From assembly GCA_900550855.1 (NCBI GenBank), contig URTQ01000002.1, forward strand, positions 1 to 34,553: a stretch of DNA of 34,553 bases. The letters run 5' to 3'. Both the position numbers and the translations under genes were made by a program. Below, piece after piece: positions 1 to 8,826 of this stretch. The notes beneath the pieces are model-generated. The model ran no database searches, was not told the DNA's origin, and saw nothing but the letters and a program-made list of their open reading frames with translations. Numbering within the stretch: position 1 is the first letter of the stretch; every line of letters begins with the position of its first letter. The stretch is from an uncultured Eubacteriales bacterium. GTDB taxonomy: Bacteria; Bacillota; Clostridia; Christensenellales; CAG-917.

Positions 1-1
1 A

Positions 2-58
2 AGTATCATCACCGAAAAGCCGCTGAAGCTCGTTCTCGACCGCAGACCGTTCATATAA
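2..58 (+). CDS. 3' end of an unidentified upstream gene (partial)
   Basis: Frame 2 reads ...SIITEKPLKLVLDRRPFI, then TAA at 56-58. Codon choices (ctc, gac, cgc, ccg, aag) resemble the confident genes of the window. Far too short to name. Confidence 0.25.
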   Translation, partial: SIITEKPLKLVLDRRPFI

Positions 59-112
59 ACCCGCGCTCCCGCGCGAAACAGCGTGTTCCTGAAAAAAATC
101 AAAAATGGGGTA

Positions 113-141
113 TTTACATTGTATGTTTTCTAATGTATAAT
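113..141 (+). promoter_or_regulatory. Candidate sigma-A promoter of the rnf operon
   Basis: TTTACA (113-118), 17-nt spacer, TATAAT (136-141), about 20 nt upstream of the rnfC RBS AAGGA (161-165). The spacer contains the inverted repeat TACATT-N11-AATGTA (115-137). Confidence 0.45.
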
Positions 142-174
142 TATGTCAAACTTATTTATTAAGGACTTTTGTTT

Positions 175-1479
175 ATGACAATTCCGCTTAGAACTTTTCG
201 CCGAGGCATTCATCCGCCTGCGAATAAGTTTACAAAAGACGCACCTCTCGAACAGTTTCCCACGCCCGAGAGGGTCTTCATATCTTTGTCGCAGCATATA
301 GGCGCGCCGGCAAAGCCTGTCGTTGCGGTCGGCGACCACGTCGACGAAGGACAGTTGATAGGCGAGGCGAACGGCTTTGTTTCGGCAAACGTTTTTTCGT
401 CCGTTTCGGGCATCGTTAAAAGCATTTGCACGCTTCCCACGGCAAACGGCGGCGAGGCGCAACACGTGGAAATCGAAAACGATTATCTCTACACAAAGCG
501 CACGCTTCCGCCCATTAAGAATCCGACCAAAGACGACATTATCAAGCGTATTAAAGACGCCGGTATCGTCGGTATGGGCGGCGCGACGTTCCCCACGCAC
601 GTCAAACTTATGCCGAAGGACAAAATCGACACGCTCATAATAAACGGCGCGGAATGCGAGCCGTACATCACTTGCGACTATCGCTTGTTTATCGAAGAAG
701 CGGACACGATTTTGAAGGGTATCGAACTTTTGCTCACCGCGCTCGAAATCGACCGCGCGTATATCGGTATCGAAGCAAACAAACCGCTTGCAATCAAGCA
801 TCTTGCCGAAATCGTACCCGAAAACGTGGCGGTTATGAGGCTCAAAGCGAAATATCCGCAAGGTGCGGAAAAGCAACTCATTTACGCAACTACGCACAGA
901 ATCGTGCCTACGGGCGAGTTGCCCGCAAAGGTCGGTTGCGTGGTTTGCAACGCGCATACGGCGTATTCGATTGCAAAAGCAGTGTACGAGGGCGAGCCTT
1001 GCTACAAGCGCGCTATGACCGTTTCGGGCGGCGGCGTGAAAAAGAGAGGCAACTTCTGGGTGCGCAACGGCGTGCAATATCAATACATCTACGACGTGTG
1101 CAGAGGCAACAAGAGCGAGGAAGCGACGAGAAAGGTTGTGAGCGGCGGTCCTATGATGGGATTTGCGCAATCCTCTTTGACTCCTGCTTGCACGAAAGGT
1201 TCGTCTTGTCTGCTGTTTATGACGGACAAGGAATTTAATATGAATCCGACCACGCCTTGCATAAGTTGCGGCAAGTGCATAATCAACTGCCCGATGTCGC
1301 TCGTGCCGAGAGAAATCGAAAAAGCGGTCGAAAAAGACGATTTCGAAACCACTTTCAAAATGGGCGTACTCAACTGCATAGAGTGCGGCGCTTGCTCGTA
1401 TTCGTGTCCTGCAAAGAGGCCTCTCGTTCAAGCGATGCGCCTTGCAAAAAAAGAAATCAAAACGAGGGGGATAAAGTGA
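175..1479 (+). CDS. rnfC: Rnf complex subunit C (electron transport complex, NADH-binding / 2x[4Fe-4S])
   Basis: N-terminal F-R-R-G-I-H-P-P start typical of RnfC, and GMGGATFPTHVK. Two ferredoxin motifs, CISCGKCIINCP and CIECGACSYSCP. First gene of the canonical rnfCDGEAB order. ATG 175 (AAGGA 9 nt upstream) is preferred over the track's TTG at 169. Confidence 0.9.
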   Translation: MTIPLRTFRRGIHPPANKFTKDAPLEQFPTPERVFISLSQHIGAPAKPVVAVGDHVDEGQLIGEANGFVSANVFSSVSGIVKSICTLPTANGGEAQHVEIENDYLYTKRTLPPIKNPTKDDIIKRIKDAGIVGMGGATFPTHVKLMPKDKIDTLIINGAECEPYITCDYRLFIEEADTILKGIELLLTALEIDRAYIGIEANKPLAIKHLAEIVPENVAVMRLKAKYPQGAEKQLIYATTHRIVPTGELPAKVGCVVCNAHTAYSIAKAVYEGEPCYKRAMTVSGGGVKKRGNFWVRNGVQYQYIYDVCRGNKSEEATRKVVSGGPMMGFAQSSLTPACTKGSSCLLFMTDKEFNMNPTTPCISCGKCIINCPMSLVPREIEKAVEKDDFETTFKMGVLNCIECGACSYSCPAKRPLVQAMRLAKKEIKTRGIK

Positions 1480-1480
1480 T

Positions 1481-2557
1481 ATGCCAAAGTATATAGTTTC
1501 TTCGTCCCCGCATATATCCACCACTTTCACGACGAGAAAGATGATGCTCGACGTCATCATCGCGCTTATTCCGGCAACCGTAGCAAGCGTATTGCTGTAC
1601 GGGTTCTATCCGCTTTGTATGATGGTGCTTTGTGTCGGCACTTGCGTGTTTTCGGAATGGCTTTTCAACGTGATAGGCAAACGCTTCCAAAGCGTAGGCG
1701 ATTTGTCGGCGGTCGTTACGGGTATGATACTCTCGCTCAACTTGCCGCCCGTCGTGCCGTTTTACGTTCCCATCGTCGGCGGATTCTTTGCGATAGTCAT
1801 CGTCAAAATGCTCTTCGGCGGCATCGGCAAAAACTTTGCAAACCCCGCAATCACGGCGCGTATATTCCTGCTGCTTTGCTGGACGGGCGTTATGACAAGT
1901 TTCGTGTCGCCCATTACGCTCGATAACGGCGCAAATCTGTTCTCGTTCTTCGGACACGCGGTCGATATCGACATAAGCGCGATAACGAGCGCAACCCCGA
2001 TGGCAGGCGTAAAAGGCTCTATTTCGGCAGGCACGAATCCAGCGCAAGGACTCAACGCGCTCGATATGTTCTTGGGAAGAATAGGCGGAAGCGCAGGCGA
2101 GGTCAGCACTCTTGCAATCCTCATCGGCGGCGTGTATCTGCTTATCCGCAGAGTTATAGACTGGCGTATTCCTGCGCTCTATATCGGCTCGGTTGTCGTG
2201 TTCACGGCGATCTTCTTCGCAAACACGGGCTACGTCGGCGAATACATCTGGACGTACCTTCTCGGCGGCGGTCTTATGTTCGGCGCGTTCTTTATGGCAA
2301 CCGACTACGCAACGTCGCCTAAATCCTGCCTCGCTGTCGTGATTTACGGCGTAGGACTCGGGTTTTTGACGGTTATATTCAGAAAATACAGCACGATGAA
2401 CGAGGGCGTGTCCTTTGCGATTCTGCTTATGAACATTCTCACGCCGCTTCTTGACAAGATTATGCCCAGAGTCTTCGGCGCACCGAAGAAACTCAACGTC
2501 GCAACTCGCGTCAAGAGCAAAAACAAAGAAGCATTGGAAGGGGGCAAAAATGACTGA
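1481..2557 (+). CDS. rnfD: Rnf complex subunit D (polytopic membrane, FMN-bound)
   Basis: Starts 1 nt after the rnfC stop, with GAGGGGG RBS. Highly hydrophobic NqrB/RnfD-like sequence. ITSATPM matches the S(G/A)AT flavin-attachment context. FMATDYATSP near the C-terminus. Confidence 0.9.
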   Translation: MPKYIVSSSPHISTTFTTRKMMLDVIIALIPATVASVLLYGFYPLCMMVLCVGTCVFSEWLFNVIGKRFQSVGDLSAVVTGMILSLNLPPVVPFYVPIVGGFFAIVIVKMLFGGIGKNFANPAITARIFLLLCWTGVMTSFVSPITLDNGANLFSFFGHAVDIDISAITSATPMAGVKGSISAGTNPAQGLNALDMFLGRIGGSAGEVSTLAILIGGVYLLIRRVIDWRIPALYIGSVVVFTAIFFANTGYVGEYIWTYLLGGGLMFGAFFMATDYATSPKSCLAVVIYGVGLGFLTVIFRKYSTMNEGVSFAILLMNILTPLLDKIMPRVFGAPKKLNVATRVKSKNKEALEGGKND

Positions 2558-3338
2558 CGATTTGTTGAAAAATGCCTCAATTTCAAACGAGGAAACGAAT
2601 AAAACCGCAACCGATGGCGTTGTCGAAAACGGCGCAACCGAAAACGCGGTGAACGAAAATACGATGACGGAAAGCGTCGCAACAGAGAATACCGCAACCG
2701 AAAACAAAGCGGAAAGCACGCAATCGGTTGAAAAAGACGGTCCGAAAGGCAAAAAGAAGTTCAAACTCGGCGACGTTGCGAAATGCACCCTCGTGCTTAC
2801 CGCAATCGCGCTTGTGGCAGGACTTTTGCTCGGCATAGTCAACTGGGTGACCTACGTTGACCCCGACGGCGTTATCGCCGAAAAATGCACGGCGCAATTC
2901 GGCTCGGAAACGTCGGTAAAGGACGAAAAACTCGCCTCTTACGACTACGACAAAAACAACTATATCGAATCTTGCTTCGTTGCCAAAAACGGCGAGGAAA
3001 TCGTCGGATATTGCTACTACGCGGTGGGCGGCGGCGCAAAAGACGGTTCAATCGAGTTGCTCGTGTTTATTGACAAGGACGGTATAATAAAAGAAATCAC
3101 CGTCTACGAGCAAGGCGAAACCGCAGGTTACTTCGATAAGGTCGAAAAAGCGAACAAATCGAAATACGTCGGCTTGAACGCAAAAACAATAAAGAAACTC
3201 GAACTTGTCAAAAACAAATCCGAACTCGAAGAAGGCGAGGTTAGCGCGGTGAGTTCGGCAACGTACACTTCGACGGGCTACCACAACGCGGTGGCGGCGG
3301 CAGTGTATGCGTACAGAACGTATATAAGCGAGGCGTGA
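2550..3338 (+). CDS. rnfG: Rnf complex subunit G (FMN-binding), with a long N-terminal low-complexity extension
   Basis: ATG 2550 overlaps the rnfD stop (ATGACTGA) and follows GGAAGGGGG. Single TM helix (CTLVLTAIALVAGLLLGIVNWV). FMN_bind-type C-terminal domain with SSATYTSTGY flavinylation motif. The track start at 2451 lies inside rnfD and is rejected. Confidence 0.85.
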   Translation: MTDDLLKNASISNEETNKTATDGVVENGATENAVNENTMTESVATENTATENKAESTQSVEKDGPKGKKKFKLGDVAKCTLVLTAIALVAGLLLGIVNWVTYVDPDGVIAEKCTAQFGSETSVKDEKLASYDYDKNNYIESCFVAKNGEEIVGYCYYAVGGGAKDGSIELLVFIDKDGIIKEITVYEQGETAGYFDKVEKANKSKYVGLNAKTIKKLELVKNKSELEEGEVSAVSSATYTSTGYHNAVAAAVYAYRTYISEA

Positions 3339-3339
3339 T

Positions 3340-4056
3340 ATGAAAGGAAATTCCAAACTTCAAATCGTATCAAACGGCATATTCGCGCAAAACCCGACGT
3401 TCAGACTGGTCTTGGGTATGTGTCCGACGCTCGCAATCACCACAAGCGCATTCAACGGCTTGGGTATGGGACTTGCGGCGACGCTCATTCTCATTTGCTC
3501 GAACGCTCTCGTATCTCTTTTGAGAAAGGTCATTCCCGACAAGGTGCGTATCCCTGCGTACGTTCTGATTATCGCAACGTTCGTCACCTTGCTCGAAATG
3601 ATACTCAAAAAGTTCATTCCCACGCTTTACAGCGCGCTCGGCATCTACTTGCCGCTGATAGTCGTCAACTGTATCATTCTTGCAAGAGCGGAAGCGTTTG
3701 CAAGTTCCAACAAAGTGGGCGACAGCATTCTCGACGGTTTGGGAATGGGACTCGGCTTCACGCTCGCGCTGACTTGCTTGGGATTCGTGAGAGAACTCAT
3801 AGGCAGCGGAACGATATTCGCAGGCTCGCTCGGCTCGCTCACGTTCGGCATTTCGCTTGGCGCGGCGAGAGATTATTCGCTTGCGTTCTTCGTGCTTCCC
3901 GCCGGCGGATTTTTGACGCTCGGTCTTGCTATGGCTCTCGTCAACTGGGTGAGCGACCAAAAGAACAAAAAGAAACAACTCGAAGCGGAAAGAGCCGCAC
4001 AGAATATCGAAAACGCGAAATCCGCGCTCGAACAAAAAGAGGGGGACGTTGACTGA
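3340..4056 (+). CDS. rnfE: Rnf complex subunit E
   Basis: NPTFRLVLGMCPTLAITTSA and LPLIVVNCIILARAEAFA are RnfE/NqrD hallmarks. Starts 1 nt after the rnfG stop. Carries a charged roughly 35-aa C-terminal tail. Confidence 0.9.
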   Translation: MKGNSKLQIVSNGIFAQNPTFRLVLGMCPTLAITTSAFNGLGMGLAATLILICSNALVSLLRKVIPDKVRIPAYVLIIATFVTLLEMILKKFIPTLYSALGIYLPLIVVNCIILARAEAFASSNKVGDSILDGLGMGLGFTLALTCLGFVRELIGSGTIFAGSLGSLTFGISLGAARDYSLAFFVLPAGGFLTLGLAMALVNWVSDQKNKKKQLEAERAAQNIENAKSALEQKEGDVD

Positions 4057-4673
4057 TGGAATACTTTTTGCTTATAATCGGCGCAATGTTCGTCAACAAC
4101 TTCGTGCTTAGTCAGTTTCTCGGCATATGTCCCTTCCTCGGCGTTTCCAAAAAGACGGACACGGCTCTCGGAATGGGACTTGCCGTCACGTTCGTTATGG
4201 GCGTTGCGAGCGTCATAACGTGGTGCGTGCAAAAAGCGCTCGTCGCGCTCGGCGTAGAGTATTTGCAAACGATTGCGTTCATTCTCGTCATTGCCGCGCT
4301 CGTGCAACTTATCGAAATGGTGCTCAAAAAATATATGCCTGCGCTTTATAGTGCGCTCGGCGTGTATTTGCCCCTCATAACGACCAACTGCGCCGTTCTC
4401 GGCGTTGCGATTCTCAACATAGACACTTACGGCGTTGCAAGCGGCGCAAGTCTGCTTCAATCCTTCCTCAACGGCACGTTCAGCGGCGTGGGATTCCTCA
4501 TCGCGATTATGCTTCTTGCAGGCGTGCGCGAAAAGATGGATTTGGACGCCGTTCCGAAGCCGTTTAGAGGCTTCCCGATAACTCTTATATCGGCAAGCAT
4601 ACTCAGTATGGCGTTCGTCGCGTTCAGCGGACTCATTTCGACGTCCGGCGCGGTCAGCCTTGTGTTTCCCTGA
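4056..4673 (+). CDS. rnfA: Rnf complex subunit A
   Basis: FVNNFVLSQFLGICPFLGVSKK and LPLITTNCAVLG are RnfA/NqrE hallmarks. TGATG overlap with the rnfE stop. Confidence 0.9.
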   Translation: MEYFLLIIGAMFVNNFVLSQFLGICPFLGVSKKTDTALGMGLAVTFVMGVASVITWCVQKALVALGVEYLQTIAFILVIAALVQLIEMVLKKYMPALYSALGVYLPLITTNCAVLGVAILNIDTYGVASGASLLQSFLNGTFSGVGFLIAIMLLAGVREKMDLDAVPKPFRGFPITLISASILSMAFVAFSGLISTSGAVSLVFP

Positions 4674-4686
4674 GAGGTGATGCGAT

Positions 4687-5514
4687 ATGCTTAATTTGAT
4701 TTCGGCTGTAAATCCGATGACGATATTATATTCGACGCTCGTATTGCTCGCACTTGCGCTCGTATTCGGCGTGACGCTTGCGGTACTGGGCAAAAAACTC
4801 GCCGTCCACGAGGACGAACGCATAAAGCAGGTGCGCGAAAAACTTTCGGGCGCAAACTGCGGCGGTTGCGGATACGCGGGTTGCGACGCTTTTGCAAAAG
4901 CGGTGGTCGAGGGCAAAGCGGACATCAACGCTTGCGCCGCTACGTCTGCGGAAAACAAGAAAGCCATTGCGGACATTATGGGACAAAGCATAGACGCCGA
5001 AGAAACTATGATAGTCGTCGCTTGCAGAGGCGGTAAATACGCCGCGGACAAGTACGAATATATGGGTTACGGAAATTGCAGAAGTATGGAACTTCTCGGC
5101 GGCGGCAGAAAGCAATGTAAATGGGGTTGCTTGGGCATGGGTTCGTGCGTGGACGCTTGCCCGTTCAGCGCAATGAAAGTCGGCGACGACGGTTATGCGG
5201 AAGTGAACAGAGAAAAGTGCGTGGCGTGCGGAAGATGTATCAACGCTTGTCCGAAAAAACTCGTAAAGAGAGTGCCTGCAACCGCAAAATACTACGTTGC
5301 TTGCTCAAACTGCTTGCGCGGCGCAAAAGACGTTCGCGCGGTATGCACGGTGGGTTGCCTCGGTTGCGGACTGTGCGCAAAGGTGTGCCCGAACGGCGCG
5401 ATAACCCTTCAAAACAACCTTGCGGTTATCGACTACGCAAAGTGTACGGGTTGCGGAATCTGCGCATCTAAATGCCCCTCTAAGTGTATTTTGGAAACGA
5501 ACAAAGAAAAATAA
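4687..5514 (+). CDS. rnfB: Rnf complex subunit B (polyferredoxin)
   Basis: N-terminal TM helix, CGGCGYAGCDAFA cluster motif, then CxxCxxCxxxCP-type motifs (CVACGRCINACP, CLGCGLCAKVCP, CTGCGICASKCP). GAGAGGTGA RBS. Confidence 0.9.
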   Translation: MLNLISAVNPMTILYSTLVLLALALVFGVTLAVLGKKLAVHEDERIKQVREKLSGANCGGCGYAGCDAFAKAVVEGKADINACAATSAENKKAIADIMGQSIDAEETMIVVACRGGKYAADKYEYMGYGNCRSMELLGGGRKQCKWGCLGMGSCVDACPFSAMKVGDDGYAEVNREKCVACGRCINACPKKLVKRVPATAKYYVACSNCLRGAKDVRAVCTVGCLGCGLCAKVCPNGAITLQNNLAVIDYAKCTGCGICASKCPSKCILETNKEK

Positions 5515-5662
5515 TCGATTTGCAATGTGCAAATCTCGGCAAATAAAGCGTACTAAATTCGATTGAAAATCGAAAGACTGAAATAAGCGGGAAAATAAGA
5601 AGAAAAAAAGAATCGAACAATCGTCCTCAAAAGGACACGGCGAAAGCCGTTAGGAGAATTAT

Positions 5663-7183
5663 ATGGAAAAAATAGCGATTATCGACATTGGCTCAAACTC
5701 TGCAAGACTCGTGCTGGTCAACGTTCTGGACGGAGGCTACTTCGTGGTTTTCGACGAACTCAAAGAAACCGTGCGACTCGGACAAGATATGGACTGGGAC
5801 GGCTTTATCAAGCCGCAGCGCATTGCGCAGACGATAAAAACGCTAACTATGTTCCGTCGTCTTTGCGACGCAAACAAGGTTGACAAAATCTTTGCGTACG
5901 CTACGGCGGCGGTCAGACGCGCCAAAAACCAAAAGAGTTTCCTTGACGAAGTCGCAATGACTTGCGGCATCAAAATCAAGGTGCTTTCCCCCGAAGAACA
6001 GGCTATGCTCGTCTATCAGGGCGTAATCAACTCTATGGACATTCCCAAAGGCTTGATTATGGAAATGGGCGGCGGCTCGACCAACCTCATTTATTACAAC
6101 AGAAGAAATCTCGTCCACTTCGAAACCTTGCCGTTCGGCGCGGTTACGCTTACGGATTTGTTCAAAAACGACAGTTCCACACCGCAGGAAAGAGCAAAGA
6201 AAATCGAGGACTTCATCGGCGAACAACTCGAAAAAATCACTTGGCTCGACAGCATCGAACCCGATACGGCGTTCGTCGGCGTGGGCGGAAGTTTCAGAAA
6301 TCTCGGCAGAATCAGCAGGCTCATCAAGAAATATCCGTTCAATATGACGCACAACTACGAGTTGCCCGTCACCGAGTTCGAAGGTATCTACAACACGATA
6401 AAGAAACTCGACCTCAACAGCACTATGAAGATAAAAGGACTTTCGAGCGGTCGCGCGGATATATTCCCGAGCGCGCTTGCCGTTATGAAAGCCGTGCTTT
6501 CTCGCTTCGAGTTTTCAAAAATCACGATCAGCGGTTGCGGTTTGAGAGAGGGCGCGATGTTCCGTTATGCCGTCCCCGGCATCAACGAAAGACCGCTTTC
6601 GGACGTCTTGGGTCATTCCATTTACACGCAAATGAAGTATCACGACCTCAACATTGCGCACGCCGAACACGTCTACAACCTCTCGATACAACTTTTCAAG
6701 CAACTCAAAGTGCTTCACAAGATGCCCAGAGTTTACGTCAGAGTGCTTAAAATCGCCGCGCTTTTGCACGACAGCGGTATGAGAATCAAGTTCTACAACC
6801 ATCAACTGCACTCGGCGTACATCATTCTCAACAGCAACCTCTACGGCGTACCGCACAAGGACATCGTAGTGGCGGCGTTCGTTGCGGCAGGTCACAGAAA
6901 AGCCGAAAACGCGCGCGACGAAATCATCAAGTACAAGGATATGCTCACGCAAGAGGACGTTGACGCAATCAGAAAACTCAGCGTTATATTGCGTATCGCA
7001 GAGAGTTTCGACAGAAGCCAAAGCGGCGTCGTCACGGGCATCAACTGCGACGTTCTCGGCGACAGCGTAATCGTCAAAACCGAGTGCGAAAACGGCGGCG
7101 ACTGCACCCTCGAAGTCAAGGACGCAATGGGTGCGGCGGCAGAGTTCAAGGCGGCGTACGGCAAGAACCTCGAAATTCTGTAA
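5663..7183 (+). CDS. Ppx/GppA family phosphatase (exopolyphosphatase / pppGpp phosphohydrolase type)
   Basis: IAIIDIGSNSARLV actin-fold N-terminus, a second phosphate motif MEMGGGSTNL, and a C-terminal HD-like region (AALLHDSG). AGGAG RBS 7 nt upstream. Confidence 0.85.
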   Translation: MEKIAIIDIGSNSARLVLVNVLDGGYFVVFDELKETVRLGQDMDWDGFIKPQRIAQTIKTLTMFRRLCDANKVDKIFAYATAAVRRAKNQKSFLDEVAMTCGIKIKVLSPEEQAMLVYQGVINSMDIPKGLIMEMGGGSTNLIYYNRRNLVHFETLPFGAVTLTDLFKNDSSTPQERAKKIEDFIGEQLEKITWLDSIEPDTAFVGVGGSFRNLGRISRLIKKYPFNMTHNYELPVTEFEGIYNTIKKLDLNSTMKIKGLSSGRADIFPSALAVMKAVLSRFEFSKITISGCGLREGAMFRYAVPGINERPLSDVLGHSIYTQMKYHDLNIAHAEHVYNLSIQLFKQLKVLHKMPRVYVRVLKIAALLHDSGMRIKFYNHQLHSAYIILNSNLYGVPHKDIVVAAFVAAGHRKAENARDEIIKYKDMLTQEDVDAIRKLSVILRIAESFDRSQSGVVTGINCDVLGDSVIVKTECENGGDCTLEVKDAMGAAAEFKAAYGKNLEIL

Positions 7184-7246
7184 GCGGAATACCGATTGCA
7201 AATACCAAAGCGAACGATTGGAAAATCTAATCAAAATCGGCAGAAA

Positions 7247-7840
7247 ATGAACAAGTTTGCAAATAACGTGATTCTCGCATCGTCCTCGCCTCGCCGCAAG
7301 GAAATTCTTGCGGATATGGGCGTAAAATACGAGGTTATCCCCGCAAATATAGACGAGAGCGAGATAAAATCCCGTTTTCCGTTTTTGCTCGTCAAAAAAC
7401 TTGCAAAAGCAAAGGCGGAACATATCGCAAAAGAGCATAGAAGCGACACGGTCGTCGCGGCGGACACAATCGTCGTGCTCGACGGCAAAGTGTACGGCAA
7501 ACCGCACGACAGAGCGCGCGCTTTCGATATGATAAAGCAACTCAACGGGCGCACGCACACCGTGTATACGGGCGTTTGCGTGACGTGCGAGGGCAAAAAG
7601 GTCGTGGCTTGCGTCAAATCGCTCGTCACTTTCAAGACCCTCACCGACGAGCAGGTTTATGCGTATATCGACGATTGCAAGCCTTTTGACAAAGCGGGCG
7701 CATACGGGATTCAGGACAAAAGAATCGTGGAAAAATACAGTGGCAGTTACTCTAACATAATGGGTCTGCCCAAAGAAAAACTCGGCGATATTCTCGTGCG
7801 AGTCGGAGTTATCAATGGCAACAATAGAACTATCGATTGA
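7247..7840 (+). CDS. maf: Maf-like nucleoside triphosphate pyrophosphatase (septum formation protein)
   Basis: VILASSSPRRKEIL N-terminus, AADTIVVLDG, KAGAYGIQD. ATG 7247 is chosen because Maf proteins start just before the ILAS.SPRR motif. The track's TTG at 7196 adds 17 unsupported residues. Confidence 0.85.
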   Translation: MNKFANNVILASSSPRRKEILADMGVKYEVIPANIDESEIKSRFPFLLVKKLAKAKAEHIAKEHRSDTVVAADTIVVLDGKVYGKPHDRARAFDMIKQLNGRTHTVYTGVCVTCEGKKVVACVKSLVTFKTLTDEQVYAYIDDCKPFDKAGAYGIQDKRIVEKYSGSYSNIMGLPKEKLGDILVRVGVINGNNRTID

Positions 7841-8813
7841 TCTCGGAAGCAAGTTTATCACCATCTATCAAAAGGGCATAGGTCTCGTTTTGCGCGAGCC
7901 TGCAATCGCCATTGCGACCAAATCGCGCAACCGCCTCGAAATCCGCGACGCAGGGTACAGAGCGGAAAGCGTTATGACGGGTTCGCTCGGCGGCGCAAGA
8001 GTCATCGCGCCCATCAAGGAAGGCATAATCGTCGACGAAGAAATGGCGACTATGCTTCTTCATTACTTCCTCAAAAAGATTATCCCCGAAGGCATTTTTA
8101 TGCCCAGAATCAAAGCCATCGTGTCCATTTGCGAATCCTCGTCGGGTTCGGACAGACGCGCGGTGGAAAAGTGCTGCATAAAGGCAGGCATAAAGGAAGT
8201 CACGCTCGTGGAATCGGGTTTGAGCCTTCTTGCCTACACCAACAGCATAGGCGGTCTTTTCGTCGATATCGGCGGCGGCAAAACCGAAATATCCGCAGTC
8301 ACCAACCACGGCATTGCAACGGGTTGCTCGGTCAATATCGCAGGCGACGCGTTCAACAACGCAATTATCGATAGTCTTTATATGAATTACGGCGTAAAGG
8401 TGGGCGAATTTACAATCGAGAATCTCAAAAAATCCGCGCTTTCATTCTACGTCAACGACGAAGGCAGTTACGCCGTCAGCGGCGGCAGTGCGGACGGTTC
8501 GCCTCGCTCGCTCTACGTCACCGCAGAGCAAATGCGCGACGCAGTGATTCCGCTTGTGGACGACATCATCGAAGTCATAATGTCCGTCCTCAACCAAACG
8601 CCGCCCGAACTTTCCGCAGAGATACTTCGCAAAGGCATTTTCGTTTCCGGCGGCTCGCTTCACATCCCGGGACTTATCGACTATCTCGAACAAGCGCTCG
8701 AACTTCCCGTCACGCCGCTCAAAGACATCGAGAACGCGATTGCCATAGGCGGCGCGAGGTTCTTCGACGAAAAGAATCTATTGTCGGATATGTTGGGGGT
8801 CAAATTGTATTAA
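7815..8813 (+). CDS. mreB: MreB/Mbl-family actin-like protein (divergent)
   Basis: LSIDLGSKFITIY..GIGLVLREPAIA (phosphate-1 region, diverged from DLGTANT), VDIGGGKTEISAV (phosphate-2), FVSGGSLHIPGL (adenosine motif). 26-nt overlap with maf. GGAG RBS. Confidence 0.75.
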   Translation: MATIELSIDLGSKFITIYQKGIGLVLREPAIAIATKSRNRLEIRDAGYRAESVMTGSLGGARVIAPIKEGIIVDEEMATMLLHYFLKKIIPEGIFMPRIKAIVSICESSSGSDRRAVEKCCIKAGIKEVTLVESGLSLLAYTNSIGGLFVDIGGGKTEISAVTNHGIATGCSVNIAGDAFNNAIIDSLYMNYGVKVGEFTIENLKKSALSFYVNDEGSYAVSGGSADGSPRSLYVTAEQMRDAVIPLVDDIIEVIMSVLNQTPPELSAEILRKGIFVSGGSLHIPGLIDYLEQALELPVTPLKDIENAIAIGGARFFDEKNLLSDMLGVKLY

Positions 8814-8826
8814 AGCGCACTATTAA

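Noticed and set aside
130-1560. 476-aa ORF antisense to rnfC. It is representative of many long antisense ORFs in the track (1457-2842, 3873-5051, 6515-7864, 12758-13816, 15027-16382, 16639-17466, 22533-23573, 24522-25376, 28883-29728, 29970-31292).
   Set aside because: Each lies opposite a gene with unmistakable family motifs. Their translations are R/H/F/V-rich low-complexity strings without motifs, RBS or sensible starts. They are shadow ORFs produced by the strong codon bias of the sense genes.
2451-2549. N-terminal extensions implied by the ORF-track starts (2451, 7196, 14107, 22134, 26650, 29685, 32643, 10081, 169)
   Set aside because: These starts are mostly non-ATG, lie inside the preceding gene or a terminator, and lack an RBS. 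Internal ATGs with an SD and family-typical N-termini were used instead.
5517-5574. Two small hairpins after rnfB (GATTTGCA/TGCAAATC at 5517-5535; TTCGATT/AATCGAA at 5558-5574) as the rnf terminator
   Set aside because: Neither is followed by a T-run, and the loops are only 3 nt. They may still slow transcription or stabilise the mRNA, but I cannot support calling them a terminator.
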